From Pristiophorus japonicus (Eukaryota): a DNA stretch of 64,000 nt. The stretch spans positions 55,862,001-55,926,000 of the forward strand of contig NC_091991.1 of the NCBI RefSeq assembly GCF_044704955.1, in the 5' to 3' direction. The notes beneath the pieces were generated by a model, which searched no databases, was not told the DNA's origin, and saw only the letters and a list, made by a program, of their open reading frames with translations. Positions within the stretch are counted from its first letter, which is position 1; the number at the start of each line of letters is the position of its first letter. The position numbers and the translations under genes were made by a program. Positions 38,703-50,100 of the stretch are shown piece by piece.

Positions 38703-39140
38703 CTGTGGAAGACACAAACACACTGTTAAGACATCCAAGTTTTTTAAAGTACAAATATTTACAAGATAAATCTACTCTGTTGCCTAATGGCTCAGCAGGT
38801 AATGGCAAGGCATGCAGATTCAGGGTTTGATCCTGGATCTGGCTGTTAGCTGATATTAATCAAGGCAAGGGTAGGCATGCTACACTTTTTCTTGGAGGGG
38901 GGCTTGGAATGAAAAGAAGGAAAGAAATTGAACATAGAGTACTATTCACTGACCCCTGCTGGAAAGTGTTTATTTGGATGCTGAATGAGGACAGGATCAA
39001 ACTTGGTGATGGTGCTCACCACAAATAGACTTTTGGCAGACGGCATCTTGGTTCAGACATAATGGGCTCAATTTTCCCCAGTGATTGGTGCCGCATTTTT
39101 TGGCCGAAGTTTTAAAAAATACAAGTTTCCCCAATCAGCT

Positions 39141-39375
39141 TAGGCAGTCCCTCAAACGAGGATGACTTACTTCCACACCAAAAGGGAGGAGTTCACAGAT
39201 GTTTTAATGAAGGACCTGATGTTCCAGTCCTGAACTCCAATTGAGGGAGTGGATGATGCCTGTGCGTGGATTTTTTTTTTAAAAACGTGGTGACCGTCGC
39301 ACATCAGCCACCACACGGGCTTGACAGAGTTAGGCTTTTATCCAGTGGCAAGGGTTAACCAGGACTGGAGACCTG
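39141..39375 (-). mobile_element. Bipartite RTE-derived non-autonomous element
   Basis: RTE 3' end (aggcagtccctc..cgaggatgactt) joined to RTE 5' UTR/ORF-start sequence similar to 60200-60380. Confidence 0.75.
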
Positions 39376-39384
39376 CGCCAGATT

Positions 39385-40300
39385 AACTCAAAATTGGACC
39401 AACCGTTTTTTTCAGCGCACTCACCAGAGATGCGCCAACTTTGTGGGCTGAAAAGATGTCTCCGGATTCTGGCCACTCTGTGGCCTGTCGATTAGGGGGC
39501 GGAGCTGGGACCCTGTATGAAAAACAGTGCCTGCAGTTCTCTGCATGCGCACTGGAGGTTTCGCGCATGCGCAGTAGCTCCTGCCCCCAGCCTCTGTGTG
39601 GTGCAGCGTGGGACTCTATGCATCCCACCCCTATCCCAGGCCAAGTGGCCTCACGACGTGCGCTGGGCTAGAATTACATTCGCTGGAATAGTCAGTCAGA
39701 GAGAGTATCAGTGAAATACCAAGTGGAAGTAGAGGTTCCATGTCTCCCTTTGGCAGGTTGGCAGTTTATGTTAGAAGTCATTTTCTGCTTGGATGTCGGT
39801 GGCCTGTGCTCGCCCCGTCGTCCCTCACCTATCCCTCCCCCCCACCGGGCTGGCTCGTTGCTTTCCGGGACGAGTTTTGATAGGAAGGTAGGACTTAAGT
39901 TTTATTTTTTATTTCTTGAATGCTTTTATGCTTCTTGAATGTTGTGCTTTGTTTAGTGCTTTGCAAGGTCCTCTCTGCTTCCCTTCCTGCCCCTATCTCT
40001 GGCCGAATGGTCACATATGTACCTACCTGCGCTGATTTCTTAATTCTCCGCAAGGGTTTTCTGTGCAGCCACAAGTGACCACATATGCTGGAGCAACTAT
40101 TAGCTGTTCAAAGTGGCCTAAATGGACGTAGGTGGCTGGTAACACCCCCTTTTGGAAAAAAAGCGAAACTAAAAAAAATCCGAACCAGCTCACTTACACT
40201 GGCGCAAATTGAATGTGCAAAATGGGGATTTTTAAGATTCTCCAAAAAAAATCAAGTTGCTCCAAAAAAAACGGAACTCCTGCTGGCCAATTTTGAGCCC
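39385..40300. mobile_element. Harbinger-like MITE, same family as 64-1107, reverse orientation
   Basis: 40020-40300 is approximately the reverse complement of 64-360; ends in ggccaattttgagccc. Confidence 0.7.
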
Positions 40301-40736
40301 TTTGAGTCATGGGGGGCATTATCTGCCACCCACACCAATTCTGGCCATTTAGGCAAGTTTGGCCAGCTCCGATTTACTCTAATTCTTATTAGGCCGGCTT
40401 ATGTGGCCTCTGCAGAAAAACCTTCTGGTGAGTTAAGAAAATCAGCGCAGCAGATGCCCGGCAGCAGCAGCAGGAGAGGTAAGAAAAAGGGGGGAGTGGG
40501 TGGAGCCTTTCGGGCATAGTTCGGAGCGGTGACCGGGAGGGAGGAGGCCATTCGGCCTGGGAAGCCATTTGGCCAGGGATAGGTGTGGGGGGTGAGGGGA
40601 AGGAGACGACTTTAAACATTGCAGCAACTTGCCTCCATTAAATTATTAATGTGCTTGGTAAGTTGCTGCAATGTTCAATGTGCTTGTGCCGGTTGCTGTG
40701 AGCTGGCTGTATGTTTCACTTTCCAGCCCCAGCCTG

Positions 40737-41170
40737 CATCATCATCATAAGCAGTCCCTCTAACGAGGATGACTTGCTTCCACAAGAGTTCACAGATGTT
40801 TCAATGAAGGACCCGATGTTCCAGTCCTGAACTCCAATTGAGGGGATGGAAGATGCCGGTGCGTGGATTTTTTTTTTTAAAAACGTGTGGTGACCGTTGC
40901 ACACCCGCCACCACATGGGCTTGACAGAGCTAGGCCTTTATCTAGTGGCAAGGGTTAACCAGGACGACTGGAGACCTGTTCTGCTGCACAGACCTAGTGT
41001 GCACACATATCGAAGTATGGGCTGGCCCGTGCTGCCCCTGGGTACTCGGCTCTTCTGAGCCCCATACCCTCGTTCGCCGCACCTTCGCCCACGATGTTCC
41101 AGGGCCCGGCACTGCAGCTCTATTTATAGCGCCGACCTGCGGTGGTGATATCACACAGGTCGGGGCGGCC
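40737..41170 (-). mobile_element. Bipartite RTE-derived non-autonomous element
   Basis: (CAT)n tail + gcagtccctc..gaggatgacttgcttcc, same junction as the 39141 copy. Confidence 0.75.
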
Positions 41171-41800
41171 TTACAGCAAACAATATGGAAGGCAAATGGC
41201 ACGTTGTCCTTTATTGCAAGGGGATTGGAGTATAAAAGTAAGGAAGTCCTGCTACAACTGAACAGGGCCTTGGTGAGACCACATCTAGAGTACCGTGCAA
41301 TTTTGGTCTCCTTATCTAAAGAAAGGATATACTTGCCTTGGAGATGGTGCAGCGGAGGTTCACTTTTGATTCCTGGGATGAGAGAGCTGTTTTATGAGGA
41401 GATTGTGTAGAATGGGCCTAAACTCTCTGGCATTTAGAGGAATGAGAGGTGATCTCATTGAAACATACAAGATTCTGAAGGGGATTGACCGGGTAGATGC
41501 CGGGAGGTTGTTTCCGCTGGCTGATCTTAGGGTAAGGGATCGGTCTTTTAACACTGAGAAGAGGAGGAATTTCTTCACTGAGGGTTGTGAATCTTTGGAG
41601 TTCTCTGCCTCAGAGAGCTGTGGAGGCTGAGTCTGAATATATTCAAGGCCGAGATAGATAGAATTTGAGTCTAGGGGAATCAAGGGATGTGGGGATTCGG
41701 CGAGAAAGTGGAGTTGAGCCCGATAATCAGCCATGATCTTATTGAATGGCGGAGCAGGCTCGAGGTGCCTTATGGCCTTCTCCTGCTCCCAATTCTTACG
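41170..41800 (+). mobile_element. CR1 3' fragment
   Basis: KANGTLSFIARGLEYKSKEVLLQL, RGDLIETYKILKG, CR1 tail. Confidence 0.85.
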
Positions 41801-41809
41801 TAATGCTTG

Positions 41810-41915
41810 GTGTGTTATTTAATATATACAGGAGTGTTATACCCTGCAACAGTGTGTTATATAATATGCACAGCAGTGTTATACCCTGTAACACACTGTT
41901 ATATAATATATACAG
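41810..41915 (+). repeat. ~39-bp tandem repeat (about 2.5 units)
   Basis: gtgttatataatatatacaggagtgttataccctg(c/t)aaca repeated. Confidence 0.7.
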
Positions 41916-42564
41916 GACCCTCCCTGCGCCCCAAATGGTTCATTTGACTCCCAGGAGAGATGGATCCCTTGAATTTGGCTGGTGCAGCAAGATGCAGAAA
42001 GTGGGTGAGTGGGTGGGGCGGTTAGTAAAATGAACAAGGACGAGGCTCTCACCCGTACGCGAACGAGGAGGATGAGGAAGATTCCAGGCTGCGGATGGCT
42101 TTGGAGGACGGTTGAATCGATGCGTACATCATCTTTGGAGGCGTTCTTTCAGTACTCTCCCCGCCGGGACATTGTGTCCCTGGTTACTGTGGCAACCCGA
42201 TCTTTTTGGCGCAGATCTTGGGCTTCACCCCCAAAACTAGACGACAGGCTATGCGGCGCCAAAATGAAGAATTCAAACAGGGAAACTTGGATGATTTTTT
42301 TTTGGCGTACTTGAGCCTTCAAAAAACGGGCATGGGGAAAATTGAGCCCAAAGAATGGTCACTTGAGGGAGATACTGGAGAACTGCTGGCTTCCATGGAA
42401 CCAAACCCCAGCAGTTACCATGGGGTCAGAGCAAAAAATCAGACTAAAAGAATATACAATAGTAACTTATGAGTCTCTCAACCTCCTAGGAGTATAACAC
42501 ACACAAGGCCAATCTCCAAGTTTATATTTACATGAAGGAAAATCAAATTGAGAAGGCAAGTTTT

Positions 42565-42995
42565 TTTTAAATTTATTCGTTCATGGGATGTGGGAGTCAC
42601 TGGCAGGGGCAGCATTTATTGCACTTGAGAAAGTGGCGGTGAGCCACCTTCTTGAACCACTGTTCTTCGGTACAACTGAGTGGCTTGTTAGGCCATTTCA
42701 GAGGGCAGTTAAAAGTGAGTTACATTGCTGTGGGTCTGGAGTCACATATAGGCCAGACCGAGTAAGGGCGGCAGATTTCCCTCCCTAAAAGACATTAGTG
42801 AACCAGATGGGTTATTAATGATTCTGGTAGTTTCATGGTCACCATTACTGATATTAGATTTATCCAGATTTATTTCATTAACTGAATTCAAATTCCCCAG
42901 CTGCCATGGTGGGATTTTAACTCATGTCGCTGGATCATTAGTTCAGGCATTTGGATTACTAGTCCAGTAGCATAACCGCTATGCTATCGTACGCA
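42565..42995 (-). mobile_element. tRNA-derived SINE sharing its tail with the 15165-17130 LINE
   Basis: Minus-strand head tagcatagcggtta...gagttaaaatcccacc; tail gcaataaatgctgcccctgccagtgactcccacatcccatgaacgaataaa. Confidence 0.75.
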
Positions 42996-43164
42996 GTAAA
43001 GTGATCAAACTATTGAGTAGAAGGCAGTATGACAACAAAACAACATGATTTGGCTTAGACATGACAAAGATGCACACATGGTCCTATGTGGAAGTGTCAA
43101 TGCTGGTCATTATTATCGGACACTGGTTCTTGCATGCAGTTTACTCTAGTCAGGGATAAACCAA

Positions 43165-43791
43165 GGGCTAGAAATTGGTATCGCCCACTTTGAGGCAGTG
43201 ATGCTGCCAGGGCGCTACCTTTAGCGCCAGGAGATGTCTATTGCCTCAAAGTACGATATTCAGTTGTATCACCCCAAGAGGGGAGTGGACCGCTAAGGGA
43301 AGTGTTGCACGATCCTCTTAGGGCATTAAAGGCCCATCGCGGGGCGGTAGCACTTCAAGTTGAGGCTCTAGGATACTGGCATCCTAGCGCCTAAAGAGGC
43401 GAGGTTGACCATGTGAAACCTGAAAAAAAAAAATGGAAGGGAGGCTATCAACAGCCTTCCACAGGCAAGAGGAAAATAATTGTTAAAAATTTGACACTCA
43501 ACATTTACCTCTTCATTCCCTGCGATATCGCCCCGGGATCCTCTGTGCACCGTCTGCTTCCCTGTCGGAAGTAGCGCCAGGTGCTATGGCAGGCGAAAGC
43601 AGTCAACTTTAGAAACGTGTCGCAAAGGGGATGTTGTACACTCTTGACGTCACCAAGTGGGTGGTGCTAGAGCGCAGCCTCTCAACCACTAGTGAAGTTC
43701 GCGGCAGGCTGTCTTAGCGCGGCGCTTGGGCGGTAATTGTTTAGCGGCCCCTTAGCGCCCCTCTGTCACTAAACAACTGAATTTCTACCCC
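43165..43791. mobile_element. Harbinger-like MITE
   Basis: GGGCTAGAAATT ... AATTTCTACCCC ends; flanks CAA/TAA; CpG-rich tagcgcc repeats. Confidence 0.6.
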
Positions 43792-44101
43792 TAATTATTT
43801 AGTCTGACTTTTGTGATTGGGAAAGAGAGGGAACAAAGCACTGTGTGGAGCCAAGAAGCTTTCAGTGAGCGAGGCAAACAACCCATCATTACTGCACAAT
43901 TCCGAGTAAGGAGTCAGTATTTATAGTCCAGAAGCAACTGGCCATTCTTGGTCAGAAATAGTGCACTGTGGGCCACAAGGGAAGAAAGGAGAAATAAACA
44001 AGAACTCATGTTTGCTCAGTCTTAATAATAATGGTAGTAGGTACTTTGCCAACTCGAAGTAGATACTGTAAAACTTACCATTTCAGGAAAGCAAGTTCAA
44101 G

Positions 44102-44176
44102 TTATTCCTCATCAATTGGAGGGATGCCCAACTCCTCATCAGTCCATTTGGAGGGATCAGGATAAGGGAAATGACC
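44102..44176 (-). CDS. NDUFB2: NDUFB2 exon 3 coding part (exon continues to 44079)
   Basis: aacag|ggt cat ttc; [24 protein letters not shown]; donor tg|gtaagt 23 nt after the stop. Confidence 0.96.
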   Translation of the reverse strand, partial: GHFPYPDPSKWTDEELGIPPIDEE

Positions 44177-47100
44177 CTGTTGTAACAAAATGTTCGTTGT
44201 TAATAAATGGGGTGGGGTGGGGTGGAAGGAAAAGAGAGAAAATGAGTGCTTAAACATAATCTTCCATTTAAATCAGTAATACATCAAGGAAAGCCAAGGA
44301 CACATTTTTGTTACAGTTTGCTTAATTCTGCTGGATTTATGGAGAAATAAAGATCTGCTCCCACATCCTAACTGGTACCAAGTCCCGTTCACCCATCACC
44401 CCTGTGCGCACTGACCTACAAATCTCCCGGTCCGACAATGCCTCTATTTAAAAATTCTCAACCTTGTTTTCAAATCCTCCCCAAAGGCCTCACCCCTCAC
44501 TATCTCTGTAACCTCCTCCTGCCCTACAACCCTCTGCGATCTCTGCGCTCCTCCAATTCTGACCGATTTTAATTGCTCCACCATTGGTGGTCGTGCCTTC
44601 AGCTGCCAAGGCCCTAACCTCTAGCCTTAAACCTCTCTGCCTCTCTCTTCTCCTTTAAGACGCTCCTTAAAACCTAGCTCTCTGACCAAGCTTTGTCATC
44701 GGTCCCAATACCTCCTTATGTAGCTCAGTGTTAAATTATGTTTGATACCGCTCCTTCGTAAAGTGTGGTGCCCAGAATTGAACACACTTTGCCAGCTGGG
44801 ACCATACTAGTGTTTTCTATAGGTTTAGCATAACTTCCTGGCTTTTGTACTCTATGCATCTATTTATAAAGCCCAGGATCCCATATGCTTTATTAACTGC
44901 TTTGTTAACCTGTCCTGCCACCTTCAAAGATTTGTGCACCAACACCCCCAGGTATTTCTCCTCTTGTATCCCCTTTAAAATTGTTCAATTTAGTATGTAT
45001 TGTTTCTCCTCATTCTTCCTTCTAAAATGTATCATCTCTCATTTTTCTGCATTGTTGTTTTCCCTTTCACATTACCATCTCCAACTCAACAGGTCAGAAG
45101 CTCAAGATGTGCTCAATTTGCTTTTAATTTCTTTAAATTTATAATTAGAGGTACTGTACCACTGCCACCTTTGTAAGAAGCACAGCCTGGAACAACACTG
45201 AAGTACTTGAACTGTCTAAATACATTGGATTCTTTTTACAGAACCACCCCTAAAACAACTTGCAATTTGATGGTGAATATTAAAGAGTCAGGCAAGACAA
45301 ACAATACTTCATCCCCTCCTAAGCTGTGAAGTGAAAATCGTAAGATACTACAGTAACGAAGAACATTGGAGGTCATGAAGTACTCACAAAGACTGCATCA
45401 GGGTCATGCCACAAGTGCCAGAAAATCCAGAACCACATGAAACCACTGAGAAACTCGGCTCGTATTACTTGATTCTTGGTCAGTTGTGGATACTGTCGAT
45501 ATCGGGGCTCAATATGAACCTCACCACCAGCTCTGGGAAAGGGGGGCAAGATATGCATATGTTAAATATTAATATGGTCATAGATTTACACCAAATTAAT
45601 TAATCTCCTGAGGGAGAGGATAAACACAAGTAAAAGTGTCAAGAAGAAAACCTCAACCACAGAAGGTAGTTACAGATGAACCTGAATTAGCCACCATAAT
45701 GGTGGCGATCTCTTTGGCAGATAATCGAGGTTGCAGAGCAGTAAAAGAGAGGACCTCACAGATCAGATATTCAGGGAGCAAAAAAAGCTTCTTAAAGATA
45801 ATGTTCCTCCTTTTCAAATTTTTTTTGGAGTCAATTTTTAAGGTGAGAAGACTTGAAAAGCAACAGTAGATGATGAGAGGCATATGTAAGAGGCTTCTCT
45901 GCTCTCCTGAATGGTTGGATCAATGCATATCTCTCACTACTCCCTGCAGTACGGTCTGCAACCTCCCATAGAAATTCTCAGGAGTAAGATAAGTTTGGAC
46001 AATCAGAGTTGAACTTTAAGGGATACTCTAGGATTTCAGTTTACTATTGCAACCCACACAATTGCATCCTGAGCACCAGCACACATACGTCGTCATTTCC
46101 AATAGTCTAGGAATAATATTCCACACAGCATTTTTCACTGTACTTCTAACTGGAGACAGTTCTGGAAAAGCAGCTACACCCAAAGTGTTCATTTGTCTTT
46201 TCAGAAGCTGGCAGAACCACTGTCCGCAGCAGTTTCGGTTTTCAGGTTTAAAACATTTGCATTGGCATTCGTTTTATTGTGTTATAACTAGGAACAGAAG
46301 TAGGCCATTTAGCCCCTTGGTATCTAAGTTTGTAACCGACACCAAACTGGTTGCAGTGGCCAATGATGTAACAACCCAAAAGGACCTGGATAGGCTAGAT
46401 CAATAGGCAGATGGAATTCAATAGACACATGTAAAGTCACAAGAGATTAAATAGAGGCAGCAAGAATGTGAAGTAGCATTAAATGATTACATGCTTGAGG
46501 TAACAGCAGGAGAGTTCTGGGTTCTTGGTTGATAGGTCAATCAAACAATTTGTTCAGTATTCATAGGTAGGGTCAAGAAAGTAAATAAAATAGTGATATA
46601 TTGCTGAGGTTTGACCCAAATTGTACCTGACCTTGCTGAAGCTGCACCTGGAATACTGTTCAGTTTAGGTCTTCATATCATAGGAAAAAATGTACAATTA
46701 TTGGAGTCCCAAGGAGAGCTACAATGTTGATTCATAATGACGACAACGACAATGTTGATTCTTGAACAAAAAGGGTTGATCTACAAGGAAAGTTAATCTG
46801 TTCTATGGCATTATTCTCTAGAAAGGAGAAAAATGGGGGAGGTGTCTGTAATTTTCAAAGAGCTTGTTGTGATTTTCACAAGTATGGAGACTTTGGATTC
46901 AGGGAAGTTCTCGTGTCTGGTACATAATTTGATGACAAGGTGGACACAGTTTAAGGTTATAGGTGTGAAAGGAAAATAAACTTAAGCAATAAATTAAGAG
47001 GGTGACAGATTTGTGGAACAAATATCCAAGTTTACTGACAATACAAAGCTCGGTGAGAAAGTAAGTTGTGAGGAAGATGCAAAGAGGCTGAAAGGGGATA

Positions 47101-50100
47101 TAGACAGGTTAAGTGAGTGGGCAAGAACATGGCAGATGGAATATAATGTGGAGAAATGTGAAGTTATCCACTTTACTAGGAAAACTTAAAAAGGAGAATA
47201 TATTTTAAATGTTGAGAGACTGGGAAATGTTGATAATCAGAGGGACCTGGGTGTCTTTATACACGAATCACAAAATGTTAACATGCAGGTACAGCAATTA
47301 GAAAAGCAAATGGTATGTTAGCCTTTACTGCAGTTGTACAGGGCCTTGGTGAGACCACACCTACAGTATTATGTACAGTTCTGGTCTCCTTACTGAAGGA
47401 TATACTTGCCTTGGAGAGAATGCAACAAAGGTTCATTAGACGGGATGGGGAGAGATTGAGTAGACTAGGCATATTCCATAAAGTTTAAAGAATGAGAGGT
47501 GATCTCATTGAAAAATATAAAATTCTTAAGGTGCTTGACAGAGTAGATGCTCGGAGGATGATTAAGGGGTCAAACAGGATTAATTAGCAATCTTGTTGTG
47601 TGAGTGACCATAATATGGTAGAATTCTTCATTAAGATGGAGAGTGACACAGTTAATTCAGAGACTAGAGTCCTGAACTTAAAGAAAGGTAACTTCGATGG
47701 TATGAGATGTGAATTGGCTAGGATAGACTGATGAATGATACTTAAAGGGTTGACAGTGGATAGGCAATGGCAGACATTTAAAGATCACATGGATGAACTT
47801 CAACAATTGTACATCCCTGTCTGGCGTAAAAATAAAACGGGGAAGATGGCTCAACCCGTGGCTAACAAGGGAAATTAGGGATATAAATTGGCCAGAAAAA
47901 GCAGCAAACCTGAGGACTGGGAGAAATTTAGAATTCAGCAGAGGAGGACAAAGGATTGAATTAGGAGGGGTAAAATAGAGTATGAGAGGAAGCTTGCAGG
48001 GAACATAAAAACTGACTGCAAAAGCTTCTATAGATATGTGAAGAGAAAAAGATTAGTGAAGACAAATGTAGGTCCCTTGCAATCAGAATCAGGTGAATTT
48101 ATAATGGGGAACAAAGAAATGGCAGACCAATTGAACAAATACTTTGATTCTATCTTCACTAAGGCAGACACACATAACCTCCCGGAAATACTAGGGGACC
48201 GAGGGTCTAGCGAGAAGGAGGAACTGAAGGAAGTCCTTATTAGTCTGGAAATGTTAGGGAAATTGATGGGATTGAAGGCCGATAAATCCCCAGAGCCTGA
48301 TAGACTGCATCCCAGAGTACTTAAAGAAGTGGCCCTAGAAATAGTGGATGCATTGGTGGTCATTTTCCAACATTCTATAGACTCTGGATCAGTTCCTATG
48401 GATTGGAGGGTAAGCTAATGTAACCCCACTTTTTAAAAAAGGAGGGAGAGAGAAAACAGGGAATTATGGACCGGTTAGCCCAACATCAGTAGAGGGGAAA
48501 ATGTTGGAATCAATTATTAAAGATTTAATAGCAGCACATTTGGAAAGCAGTGACAGGATCAGTCCAGGTCAGCATGGATTTATGAAAGGGAAATCATGCT
48601 TGACAAATCTTCTTGAATTTTTTGAGGATGTAACTAGTAGAGTGGACAAGGGAGAACCAGTGGATGTGGTTATATATGTAAACCTGTAAATACCTTGTTT
48701 AACCACCAGAGGGCTCATCCCCTGGAGTCCCAAGGGATCCCACAATCCCGTGGAGCACCAGTACATAAGGAAGCCTTACAGGCTGGAGAGGCACTCTGAA
48801 GACCGGTAATAAAGGATTATGGTCACACCTTACTTTGAGCTCACAGTATCTGGTCAGATTCTTTATTCCATACATAACAACTGGCGACAAGATACAGATG
48901 ACGAACCCTGCCGTAACGATGCAGAGAACCGTGGGCTTCCTGGAGACATTTTCGGAGGGAGATGATTGGGAAACCTTCGTGGAACGACTCGACCAACACT
49001 TCGTAGCCAACAAGCCGGAAGGGGAAGCGAACGCTGCCAAACGAAGGACGATCCTCCTCACCATTTGCGGGGCACCAACGTATGGCCTCATGTAAAATCT
49101 GCTTGCTCAGCGAAACCCACAGAGAAGTTGTATGATGATTTGTGCACACTGGTCCGGGAGCATCTAAACCCGAAGGAAAGCATTCTGATGGCGAGGTACA
49201 GGTTCTACACGTACAAGAGGTCTGAAGGCCAGGAAGTGGCAAGCTAGGTCGCCGAGCTAAGGCATCTTGCAGGACATTGCGAATTTGAAGGACACTTGGA
49301 ACACATGCTCAGGGACTTCTTTGTACTTGGCATTGGCCATGAAGTAATACTTCACAAACTTTTGACTGTAGAACCCCAGCCTCGAGTAAAGCCATAACGA
49401 TAGCCCAAGCATTCATCACCACCAGTGACAATACCAAACATATTTCTCAGCACACGCGTACTGCTGCAAGTACTGTGAACAAAGTAATGTTGTTTTTGAA
49501 TTGTAATGTACAGGGCAGGCCTCACATGCCTGCAGCTGCACATCCGCAGATGTGTCAGAGGACACCATCAAGGGTGGTGAATGCAAGGCCATTAACACCT
49601 TGTTTGCGCTACGGGGGTGATCATCATTTCCATTCATGCCGCTTCAAAGGATAAGTTTGCAAGGGCTGTGGAACAATGGGACACCTCCAACGAAGTCCAG
49701 AACCAGGGGACATAGTCTTAAGATAAGATGTATGCCATTTAGGACTGAGATGAGGAGAAACTTCTTCACTAAGAGAGTTGTTAACCTGTGGAATTCCCTG
49801 CCGCAGAGAGTTATTGATGCCAGTTCAGTGGATATATTCAAGAGGGAGTTAGATATGGCCCTTACGGTTAAGGGGATCAAGGGGTATGGAGAGAAAGCAG
49901 GAAAGGGGTACTGAAGGAATGATCAGCCATGATCTTATTGAATGGCAGTGCAGGCTCGAAGGGCCGAATGGCCTACTCCTGCACCTATTTTCTATGTTTC
50001 TGTGTATGTGCAGGCTGCACATCCTGCAAACCACCATGTTGCAGAGGAGGACAGATTCATGGTGGATCACGTCAAACCAGAGCCTCAGACTGAGAAGGCA

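Larger units (their letters stand above)
39064..42349. mobile_element. Harbinger-like element with several nested insertions (NDUFB2 intron 3)
   Basis: TIR GGGCTCAATTTTCCCCA / TGGGGAAAATTGAGCCC (17/17); flanks appear to rejoin as one older SINE-like sequence (...cagacat / aaagaatggtcactt...). Confidence 0.65.

Noticed and set aside
45636-46110. Possible extra exon or ORFs in NDUFB2 intron 1
   Set aside because: Short frames on both strands with no recognisable similarity; NDUFB2 is complete without them.
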